From: Macrostomum hystrix
Lineage: Eukaryota; Animalia; Platyhelminthes
Assembly (NCBI GenBank): GCA_950097015.1
Contig: CATNEN010000024.1
Coordinates: 5,828,001-5,892,000, forward strand
DNA: 64,000 nucleotides
Direction: 5' to 3'
The first letter of the stretch is position 1, and each line of letters starts with the position of its first letter. The notes beneath the pieces were generated by a model. It saw only the letters and a list, made by a program, of their open reading frames with translations. It searched no databases and was not told where the DNA came from. This document shows, piece by piece, positions 35,319 to 46,300 of the stretch. Both the position numbers and the translations under genes were made by a program.

Positions 35319-38259
35319 CTAGACAGTGTGGCTCTTGTCCGGCGTCACGCCGGAGTCCGATCCACCGACCTCCTCGAAGCACTCTGACCCAACATTGCAC
35401 TCCTGCTGACGCCAGGCGGTGACTTTGTAGGCATTTAGCTTCAACGCCCGGCTGCTCAACCTGCTCATCCTGCTCAACCTGCTCTTTTCCAGCGAGAAGG
35501 ACGACCGGACCATGGATGAGCGCATGCGGCTCGGGATGGCTTGCCGGCTGCTCCGCTCAGCAAAGCTGGCGGTGGCAGGCGTGAACACGGAATTTCTCTG
35601 GCCTTCGAAGATGGCGCCTTCGACGCTGATGCGGCTGACTCCTGTCATGATCGATGTGCTCTGGGCCATTGTGTCCAGGGTGATGTAGCTGCAGGTTTTA
35701 ACAAAATGTGTGCTCAAAGATTTGTCTCTGACAAGATATACGTCGAAGTTTCAAACTCGTCGAGATCCCGATTCACCGAGATCCCAAACTCGTCGAGATC
35801 CCAAACTCGTCGAGATCCCAAGATTTCGATTTCGGCTTACCGAGATTTCGATTCACAGTGATATCTGTGAATTTTTATATGTGATTAATTATCTGAGCTC
35901 GCACTAGAAATGTGCTCGATCGATGGCATATCTAGCAGGGTGTACGACTCCATGCTGCTCGGGAAAAGGGATCACCTCTTTATCATCGGGCAGCGCACAC
36001 CCTCGCCATGGCCACTGTTGCAGAACCGAAGCTTTGTTACCAAACTCGGAAGCATTGTGGAATCTCATGCGCCAACTCTTATTAAACCCCACAATGGACC
36101 CAATACCAGCTGGCCTTAACTAACCCTTCTCCGGCCCGGTGCTCCCCGACCGCCTCGCTGTGGGGACAGTCGTCGCTGCCTCCGCACGGCAGCCGGATCG
36201 CCATAGTCGCCGACAGCAGGACACCCAAAGCATTGAAGCAGCAGCAGGCAATGAAGGATGGCAGGAAATTACCGCCAATGGAGTCGGTGACAATGGACAG
36301 CAGTGTTGGGGAAACCAGACTGGCGATGCTGAAGGTGAGGTTCATTAGCACCAGGCCAGCAGGTGCGTCGGCCGGGTTGGTCAGCACGGCTATGATGCTC
36401 GGCATTGTCGTGATGACCAGAGACTCGCCGATAGCCGTCAGGACAGCCGCCACGAACAGCATCGGCAGACTGGCCGACTGCAGGCCCATGATGACAACGA
36501 TCAGGCCACACAGGTACATGGACTGGCCAACTGGCAGGATCTGTAGAAGCCGCCTGCGGACACTGTCGTTAGTGGCAGCAAAGCCAACCATGCAGCGGAA
36601 CACGGCGTTGCAGAAGCCGCGAGTTGTATATACGTAGGCCACGTATGACAGCTGCGATTTGGTCAGGCTCGCCTTGGCGCTCTCCATCAGCATCATCCAC
36701 GGGTAGAACAGGCCGGAGTACAGGCACAGCATCGACAGGAACAACGTCACGTAGCGCCTGTTGCGCATGATCCGGTAGGTCAGGAGCTCTGTGAACAGCG
36801 GCATCGGGGTGCGGACCCATTTCTGCAGCATCAGAAAGTCACGATTCGCCTTCCAGAATTGAGCATAGACCAGGCTGGGGAGAGACAGGGCGGTAAGGAG
36901 CAGGAAGGAGAACCTGACGCCCATCTTGGCATTCAGGACACTGACACCGATGGACAGCAGGCCGGAGAACATGCCATTGCCGCTGGAGGTGATGCCGGCG
37001 GCGATGCTCATGCGCCGGTTAAAGTTATTACTTAGAATGGTCGCCTGCAGTGTGGTCTGCAATCAGGGCAATGTGTGCAGCTTGAAGAAGCTGAGAAAAT
37101 GACCCCATCCCAGACTCTGATCCCATCCCTTACCCTCTCGCTGATCCCATCCCCTTATCCTCTCCCTCTGATCCCATCCCTTATCCTCTCCCTCTGATCC
37201 CATCCCTTATCCTCTTGCTGATCCCATCTCTTATCCTCTCCCTCTGACCCAATCCCCTTATCCTCTCCCACTGACCCCATCCCCTTATCCTCTCCCTATG
37301 ATCCCATCCGTTATCCTCTTGCTGATCCCATCTCTTATCCTCTCCCTCTGACCCAATCCCCTTATCCTCTCCCACTGACCCCATCCCCTTATCCTCTCCC
37401 TATGATCCCATCCCTTATCCTCTCGCTGATCCCATCTTTTATCCTCTCCCTCTGATCCCATCTCTTATCCTCTCCCCCTGATCCCATCTCTTATCCTTAC
37501 TCTTTGATCTCTGTAAAAGCGCCTAATAGCTGCGGCGGTGCCACTGGCTGTACGTGTGGCAAAACTGGGCCATGTGAAGTATCTTTTTTAATCCTAAATG
37601 GCCACTTAAGTCACAGTCGCACCCACCTGAATGGCCAGCCCCAGGCCGGCGGTGACGCTGAAGTGCATCAGCAGCAGTATACTGTGTCGCTTGTAGTCAG
37701 TTATGGCGCTCAGAAACAGGCCCAGGCTGGTTAGTAGGGCGCCCGTGAAGGCGAGGTCGGACAGTCGGCGCACCCGATAAGAATAGAGAAGAATGACAGG
37801 GGTTGTGAAGTACAGCAGGAAGCTGTGTACAGTCCCCACTGTGGCCAGCAGAGGCAAGCTAAGCTCACTGGCATCACCCGACACCTTCGGGCAGGCAGTT
37901 GTTACCGCGCCGCCGCCGCCGCCGCTGCTGCTGAGGTTCGCCGAACAGGCGCCGCCGTCGCCAACGTTGGCCATTGAGATTGCGTCGACAATGCCAGACA
38001 GGAGAAGGCCGTAGGCAAAGCTAACTCCGTTTGTGATGCCGTTGGAGATCCAAGTGCTCAGCACCAGCAGCCAGGCGGACCCGCCGTCCGGGATGATCCG
38101 GTCCAGGAGGAAGACGATTTCGGCGTCGCTGACCGCCTGCTCGGCGTTGCGCTTCTGCTCTTTCATCTCGTCCATGTGAGAGCTCTCCCAGGTCTCTAGT
38201 AGGCCGATGGTTCGCTTTACTCGCGGATCCAGGTGCTCCTCATCGTCCAGAGTGTCCAT
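35319..38259 (-). CDS. MFS transporter, monocarboxylate transporter (SLC16)-like
   Basis: Exons 38259-37627 (CAG|GTGGGT), 37044-36125 (GG|GTTAGT) and 35688-35319; phases 0 and 2 match. PDGGSAWLLVLSTWISNGITNG and NFNRRMSIAAGITSSG resemble SLC16 signature segments; many hydrophobic helices. Confidence 0.88.
35748..35825. repeat. Short 17 bp tandem repeat (AAACTCGTCGAGATCCC) in MCT intron 2
   Basis: 3-4 copies visible. Confidence 0.75.
37110..37500. repeat. About 23-25 bp pyrimidine-rich tandem repeat (CTGATCCCATCCCCTTATCCTCTCC) in MCT intron 1
   Basis: Direct periodicity. Confidence 0.9.
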
Positions 38260-39678
38260 TGCTCGGCCTGCTTGAGTAATTTATTATTTATTTATCAAAA
38301 TTGCTGTCATTGCAATCAAATAATTGAGATGGTCTTTTAAGTTGGTTGTTTACCGTCTAGCAGAAGGCATCCATTCAGCTTACAATGAATAAACTGAGAT
38401 TCCCGTGTAAACAATTTGTCTATGGTTAAAGCTGACTTCATTGCGCTATCGTAGAAGTTCTGCTAGTCTTCTGTGGTTATTTCTAACATCCTCATCTTAC
38501 TACTCATTTGTGGATATTCAGTAGCAGCTATGGAAAGAAAGAGAACGAGTTGAAACGAGGCCAAACATGCTATAACGGGTAATCATTTGCACCGGAAATT
38601 TAGAAGTCTTCTTTACAAGTAAAAAGCAAAACCGAACTTGTGTATTGACAATAGACTGAAAGACTGAAAACCTTCATGCATAAATTACATCAATTGAAAT
38701 ATTAAATGTGAGTATAGACGAGTAGCGATATCCACCACCTTAGTTTGTTGCTGTTTAACTAGTTATGAGCAATGTTCTGTATGACTATTTCACTGCATGA
38801 TCACTTCAACGAGGGACTTGCTCATTGCATGACCATTTATTTCTCGGTGTGATCAAACATGAAAATGCTGGGCTTTCATTGTATGACCTATTAACTGAAT
38901 GACCATTTTATTTTATGACCATTTTATGAAATTCATTTGATGACCAATCCACTAAATATGAAAACTACACTGTATGACTAACATCTAGTATTTCCATTTC
39001 AATCCTAGAAGGTCAGTAGAAAAATTTCAATATATACTTATCGATTTATCTTCGTAATTAGGCAAGTTATGACCAGCCATTCTGACCATTTCGAGTCTTG
39101 TTCGCTAGATTGCGCTTGTAAGGTACATGTGAGCTTCATCAACTGAAGTAATATTCGTTAGTGAATATTTCTCTAGTCTTTCTTTCTATTTTTGTGACAA
39201 TGAGCTCATAGTTAGGAAAATCTTTGCAAATTCCAACAATTGGTCTTGTTGGACGCCGGCTCTGCGCTCGAAACAGGCCATGACGCATGCGCCTCCGGTG
39301 AATCACCTGGTCCAATATGCTATCACTTAGGTAGTACCTCTCTGCTTAAATACAGACTATGCATAAATGGCAATGCTGATATTTAGCTAGAGTGAGAATC
39401 TAAAATTAGCACGCGTCTTATCTCTGAGCACCTATTGTCCAGTCTCTGAGCTCAGTACGGCGGCAGCCCCCAGAGTACTACCTAAAAAGAGCATTTCAAT
39501 TTTCGCATTGTCGGATTCTCTCTGTCACCGAGTGATCTAAAAATAGCAACCCGCAGACGGGATTTCCACGTCGTCGCCGACTGCGACAGTGTAAATAGTC
39601 GACCCGATGGTCTGAAGGCGTCTTCATCGAGCAAAACTTGAACCAATTTTCACTGCCTTTTGGAAAGAAAGTTACACT

Positions 39679-40146
39679 ATGAAACTGCCGCTGCTTCTCC
39701 TCCTGCTGCTGCTGCTGCTGCTGCTGTCAGCGGGCTCGTCCATGCAGCAGTCTAGGATGGCAAACGGCTGTCCTCTGCCGCTGCAGCTGCTGCAGCCTAA
39801 GTCGGTTGACTGCAGCAATCTCGCCAGTCGCGTCTACCTCGATCATAGGTCACCGATGTCGTCGATTTCGTCTATTTCGCCGATTTCAAGCATCGCCGGT
39901 TGTCGTCGCGTCCCGATTCGGCGTCTGGCCGGTCGCCGTTGCCGCAGCGTCGTCTGCTTCGTCGCCGAGGTCTGCATCGATCAACGCAGGTGTCGCGAGG
40001 TGGCCTCAAACAGCCAGCTCACCGCCGATGTCTACCTTGGCCGTTGCCTGGGTGCGTTCGCATATCAGCGCGTGCCACTGGCAACCCGCCGCTGCTTGCC
40101 AGCCAATCAGAGAGGACCACTTGATCACGTGACTCTGTCACCTTGA
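39679..40146 (+). CDS. Putative small secreted Cys-rich protein (155 aa)
   Basis: ATG start, poly-Leu signal-like peptide, 9 Cys, several RR sites, GC-rich codons against AT-rich flanks. No family assigned. Confidence 0.55.
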   Translation: MKLPLLLLLLLLLLLLSAGSSMQQSRMANGCPLPLQLLQPKSVDCSNLASRVYLDHRSPMSSISSISPISSIAGCRRVPIRRLAGRRCRSVVCFVAEVCIDQRRCREVASNSQLTADVYLGRCLGAFAYQRVPLATRRCLPANQRGPLDHVTLSP

Positions 40147-40894
40147 AAATTTACCTACGGCCTATTTATGTTTGGACAGAGTGCTGCAGATATTCAGCTA
40201 ATTTTATCACTAGAATCTTACGAACCCTTCGATGTTACTTAGTTTTCATTACGCCATTCGAAATATATTTTTATATTTGTAAATCAAGTATCGCTTTCAT
40301 GTTCAATTCTGGCTACTGGTTAGTAGCGCTAACATTAGTAAATCGTAAAACTACTGCATTACACAGTTGTTCATTCTGAGAGTCAGACACGCTAAAGCCA
40401 TCTGTGTCTCGTCAAGTTGAAGTGAAACAAGCTGAGCGCGACTAGGAATCAATTTGGCGTTCCCATGCCCCCTGCCAGCGAGTTGGCCGTAGCGAAACTG
40501 TACTGTTTACAGGATGCGAACTCGGAATAAGGCAGGCCGCAGCACCAATTCATGCTGACGACTGTCGCCACACAGTGTATACGCAGCTATAAACTCAAAT
40601 ATTGCATTCTTTCTTAATGCAACTCGTTTGAACCGCATCAAAGCATTGTGCATTGTGCTATCTATAGCATTGGGACAATGGGTTTTAGAATTCTTTTAAT
40701 CTAAGACACACTTACATTACACTAGCAGCGGGCTTGCTTCAGCTTATTTAGTTAATTCAGTTAATTACAAGCTACTTATTGCAGGCTTTGCAAACCTCGT
40801 AAAAAGTGGGATAACAAAAAAATTGGGCCATAATTCATCCGATCAACAAAATAATTTAGCTGCAATTTCTAACACACCACACTTCGGCCTAACC

Positions 40895-41400
40895 CATCCC
40901 TCCCTTCTCCCTCCCTTCTCCTTCCCTTCTCCCTCCCTTCTCCTTCCCTTCTCCCTCCCTTCTCCTTCCCTTCTCCCTCCCTTCTCCTTACCTTCTTCCT
41001 CCCTTCTCCCTCCCTTCTCCTTCCCATCTCCCTCCCTTCTCCTTACCTTCTCCCTCCCTTCTCCTTCCCTTCTCCCTCCCTTCTCCCTCCCTTCTCCTTC
41101 CCTTCTCCCTCCCTTCTCCTTCCCTTCTCCCCCCCTTCTCCTTCCCTTCTCCCTCCCTTCTCCTTCCCTTCTCCCTCCCTTCTCCTTCCCTTCTTCCTCC
41201 CTTCTTCTTCCCTTCTCCTTCCCTTCTCCTTCCCTTCTCCCTCCCTTCTCCTTCCCTTCTCCTTCCCTTCTCCCTCCCTTCTCCTTCCCTTCTTCTTCCC
41301 TTCTCTCCTATCTCCCCTCTCTCCCCTCTCTCCCCTTCCTCCCCTCTCTCCTCTTTCCTCTCTCCCCTCTTTCCTCTCTCCTCTCTCCTCCCTCCCCCTC
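40895..41400. repeat. Polypyrimidine low-complexity tract (CCCTT/CTC), followed by (CA)n near 41825-41865
   Basis: Almost only C and T for about 500 bp. Confidence 0.92.
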
Positions 41401-41822
41401 TCACCCCAGTGGCCTGTCTCAACCCATGCTACTTGAGTTTATTTTTCTGTCCTTAGCTACAGTCAGTATGAAGATTGCACTTATAAGTTGAGCTATCCGC
41501 AGCTGTCAGACCTGCGCCAAATAATATAGTGCATATCGGTTAAACACTTGCCTGTTAGAATAGAAACACAAATTTCAAATTTCTTAAAATTCAGTTTCGG
41601 ACAGGACATGAAAGCTTTGCGATTGTGTGGAGAAAGGAGTTTTCACAGCTTAGAATAACTATTCGGCTTGGCTTCCGTTCGTTCTTCGAAAATTGACGAG
41701 CGACAGAAAAAAGTTGTACAAATTTAGCATTTTTCATTTCTAAATTGCTCTCAACCCTTAGCCCAACCCATTCACTCCACGAGTAGATTAATCTGTACAT
41801 AAATCTGACTGTACAATATAAA

Positions 41823-41868
<46 letters not shown>

Positions 41869-42434
41869 GGCCGTAAATTTCGTGCTAGCTTTATGGCAAC
41901 GGAAGTTTATAAATATATACATTTCTGCTTTTTCAAAGCATCGATTTTTCACAGCATAAATTATAAACTAAAATACGAGTATTAGTAACTACAAGTATAT
42001 TTCGAAAAATTTAGTGCAAGGAAACTTATGAAACGAATGGGGCACGAATAATCAGGATTACACTTTTGAAGATAAAACGAAATGCATTTGCATTTCTGTA
42101 GTTTAGCGTGAAACATAAACATAAATTAATCCTAGAAGTTGCAGAATTGTGACATTCAGTGAACTAAGTCTTACTAGCCTGCAAAGCTTGAATGGCTTAA
42201 AATCTGTGGTAGATTACCTTTTCATAGCGGAAAACATGCCCGCTTTACGTGTTATAGGATTAGAAACTAGAAATGTAGCTAAATATCGAGACAACAGAAT
42301 AAGATGTTAAATTAGTGCTGGAAAGGATGAGCGAAATACTGAAGTGAAAGGTCAGCTGGATTGACTTAAAAACCTAATGTGAAGTATTTAAGGACGCTCA
42401 CAAGGATTTAGAGAACCCATGTGTCTCTCATTAG

Positions 42435-42945
42435 GATTTAGGAGACAGCCAGAGGATTTAGGAGACAGCCAGAGGATTTAGGAGACATTCAAGGGGATTT
42501 AGGAGACATTCAAAGGGATTTAGGAGACATTCAAGGGGATTTAGGAGACAGTCAAATGGATTTAGGAGACATTCAAAGGGATTTAGGAGACATTCAAGGG
42601 GATTTAAGAGACATTCAAGGGGATTTAGGAGACAGTCAAAGGGATTTAGGAGACAATCAAAGGGATTTAGGAGACAGTCAAAGGGATTTAGGAGACAGTC
42701 AGAGGGATTTAGGAGACAGTCAAAGGGATTTAGGAGACAATCAAAGGGATTTAGGAGACAATCAAAGGGATTTAGGAGACAGTCAAAGGGATTTAGGAGA
42801 CAGTCAAAGGGTTTTAGGAGACATTCAAAGGGATTTAAGAGACAGTCAAAGGGATTTAGGAGACAATCAAAGGGATTTAGGAGACAGTCAAAGGATTTAG
42901 GAGACAGTCAAAGGGTTTTAGGAGACATTCAAAGGGATTTAGGAA
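42435..42945. repeat. 21 bp minisatellite (GGATTTAGGAGACAGTCAAAG), about 24 copies, upstream of EGFR
   Basis: Direct periodicity; explains the DLGDSQR ORF. Confidence 0.94.
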
Positions 42946-43371
42946 TCGGTCATGAGAAAGTCAGCGAGCAGCCAGCTAGACAATTAGAAATCGGTGATTT
43001 GAGTTTCTGTCAAGCCCTGCTAATCAGTGCAGCGTGCGCTTATGAGTTTCAGTCTCACCTTTCTGCGCAACAAAACAGCTGCAATCTGCCCTGAGAGCTT
43101 TTTTAAGTTTTCTATCACCCACCCCTCCTCCGGAGCCAAACCGAGCCCCGATATGAGATAGCGCGCACTGACTTTCTAGCCTCCTTCCTACTGTGCAATG
43201 CGAAACCGATGCTCATTGGGTCAGGCCGGTAGCCGGGTGTTCGTAAGCGCCTGCCCCTTATGAGCGATAAATTTGACTTTTAACAGACCCCAGTCCTATC
43301 GCCAACACACTGCACCGAGCTCTGCTGCACTTTATTCGACACACTGTCTGGTGTCAGTCAAGCAACACCAG

Positions 43372-46300
43372 ATGAAGCCACCGCTGCTGCCGCCGCTGCT
43401 GTTGCTGCTGCTGCTGCTGCTATACCTGTCAGTCAGTTGTTTATCAATGAAAATCTGCAAGTCCATTCTGCTCACTCAGGGCTCCTTTGAGCGGCACCGG
43501 AACACAAGCCGACTGCACGAGGAGCTCAGCAGCCGGGTCTCGGGCTGCCAGTATATCCACGGCGACCTCACCATCATGAACATCGGCGCCAGTCCGAGCA
43601 GCGAGGCGCCGATTCCCGACGATAATCTGCGAGGCCACGTGCGCGAAATGAGAACCGACTTTCTGGACTCCATCCAGGAGATCAGCGGCCGCCTCCTCAT
43701 CATCCGGGTGAACCTGCGGGTACTCCGCCTCGCCAACTTGCGCGCCATTCGGGGCCACAACCTGCTGGGCGAGTCGCCCTTTCATCCGTTCGAGCTGCGC
43801 CAGTCGCCCTACCCGATGGAGCTGCAGCTGCCGGGCCTTGCCGCCATTCTGCAAGGCTCCGCTCTGCTGAACGGCCGGCTTCACGAGAGTCTCTACTGCC
43901 GACTGAAGCACAGCGTGGACTGGCCAGACCTGTTCAAGGCGGATAAACAAAAGCTTATTGACAGCGTGTCGGAGATTGTGTCAGCCGACAGCAATGACAC
44001 TGAGCTGTTGAACAAATCTTACGCTTGCAGGTCAGCGGACCAGTTGACAAAGGGCTGCGATCTAAGCTGCCCGCTGGCCGACGCCAGTGGGCGCCGCTTC
44101 TGCTGGTCCGCCGGGCCAGACGGCTGCCAGAGCTCCAGCCGCTGCGACGGCAGGACTAGCAACTGCCGCTCCTGCTACCGCGAGGCCGGCCAAGCCAGAT
44201 GCTGCGACACCTACTGCCTGGGCGGCTGCAGCTCGGGCTCCCGCTCCGCCTGCTACTCCTGTCGGGACGTCCTGCTGAATGGCGAGTGCGCCAGCGCCTG
44301 CCCATCGGATTACGATCCCGGCAAGGGCATCCTTGTGAATAAAAACGACAGCACACTGCAGGTTGGCAACGTCTGCGTTCGCACCTGTCCGTCCACCTTT
44401 CTGAAGAGCTCGGACGGTCGCTATTGCCTGTCCGAGTGCCAGCTGCCCGTGCCCGGCGACAGACTCGGCGAATTGCCAATCGGCGGCACCTGTCGGCCCT
44501 GCCAGGTGGAGCCCGACTGCCGCACCTGCCGCGTCTCCACGGCCATCTTGACCAACGAAGAGGTCGCCAGGCTGCTGGCCAGCGGATGCCCCGTCTGGCG
44601 CACCCTCGACCTGCAGCCGAACCTGGACGCCAATGCGAAGATGCTGTCGCCAGCTGGACCCGGACTGCGGGTGCTCGGCCAGCTGCGCTACCTGTACGGC
44701 GGCCTCATGGTGCGGAGAGCCACCGACGGGCTGGACTTTCTGGCCAACCTCACCTTTGTCTCCGGCCAGCTGATGCTGGTGCAGATCCGGGCTCGCTACC
44801 TGGCTCTGGCCTCTCTGGAGAGCGCCATGTTGCTGTACCTGTACCAAGTGGAGGGCCTCTGCCCGGCCTGGTTCCCCTCTGCTAGAGTCGCCGAGTTGAA
44901 TGACAGGTGACAGGTGGAATAACAGGTGGCGAGTTAAGTGACAGGTCGAATGACAGGTGACAGGTGGAATAACAGGTGGCAAGTTAGAAGACAGGTGACA
45001 GGTCGAATGACAGGTGACAGGTCGAATGACAGGTGACAGGTCGAATGACAGGTGACAGGTCGAATGACAGGTGACAAATTTAATGACTGCTCTAACTGGA
45101 AGGTAACGAAAAAGCGATTCGAAAAAACGAATTACCGTTTTTCGGCGTAACACAGTTGCTTAATCTTTTCTGGCCTTTGTAATAAAAAACCTCTTTCCAA
45201 CGAGACTTAAATGAAATTCGTTGAACAAAATAATATAATGGGGGTTAGCAAATCTTTGAAGTAAAAAAATCAAGCAATTTAACGATCAAGTTGAACAGAA
45301 TTTAATTAACGAATTTGAATTCCTTTGAATATGCAGATTTCCCATCACGAAGAAGAGTGTGAGCTTTGACAACAGCAGCTCCGAGTGCGCCGCAGCTCGC
45401 TGTCATCCGCAATGCGCCAACGGTTGCTGGGGCCCCGGCAACCGGCTCTGCGTCGCCTGTCGACGCTACCGTGTCGGCGACGCCTGCTACGCCAGCTGCG
45501 ACGAAGCTCACCGGCGGACGCTGAACGCCACGGCCTGCGGCGAGGCCTGCCACCCGGAGTGCGCGCAGGGCTCCGGCTGCCGCGGTCCGGGCGCCGCCGA
45601 CTGTGTCAGCTGTCGCGGACTGAGCGAGCGCGGCGTCTGCGTCTCCAAGTGCGGCCCTGGCCTGCGGCCCGACTCCAGGGGCCGCTGCTACTCCACGGCC
45701 TGGCTGGCCGGAGTCTGCGTCGGAGTCCTGCTGCTGCTGCTGCTGCTGGCTGCTCTGCCCCTCGCCGTGGTCTACTATCGGCGACGCATCACTCTCTACG
45801 ACGCAGTCGACATTGACGAATTCCTCACAGACGCCAGCAATCCCAGCGACATGTCCAAGCTCCACGTTATCAACAATGACGACGTTGTGAAGCAGCGAGT
45901 CATCGGCAGCGGAGCCTTCGGCACCGTCTACAAGGTGAGGGAACATTGAACTTGACCGCAAAACTGCCTAACGCTTGACATCAGTGAAGCCACTGAACTC
46001 ACAGCGTGAGTGGCAGAGCGGTTAACGCGTTTGCTTACCGCACCAAAAGGTGCACTGGCGCATCATTTGGTTACAGTCGACCCGCAGCCAGCGAGGAGAC
46101 AATTCTGCTCATTTCCCTGACTCCTGAGCACACACTCTCACAGTGTGTACATCCGCCCTGACTTTTTCATCGTCAGGCAGTGTAAAGTTTCATTGTGCCT
46201 TGGAGGTTGGCCCTCAAGGATGTAAATTGCACGACAAGCCCCCAAGCCTTCTCTCCGCAGCTGCGCCCCAAATAGATCTTGCACCAAAGTCCCTGGGTTC

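Noticed and set aside
42556-42900. DLGDSQR heptad ORF
   Set aside because: 21-bp minisatellite with no splice support or unique coding flanks.
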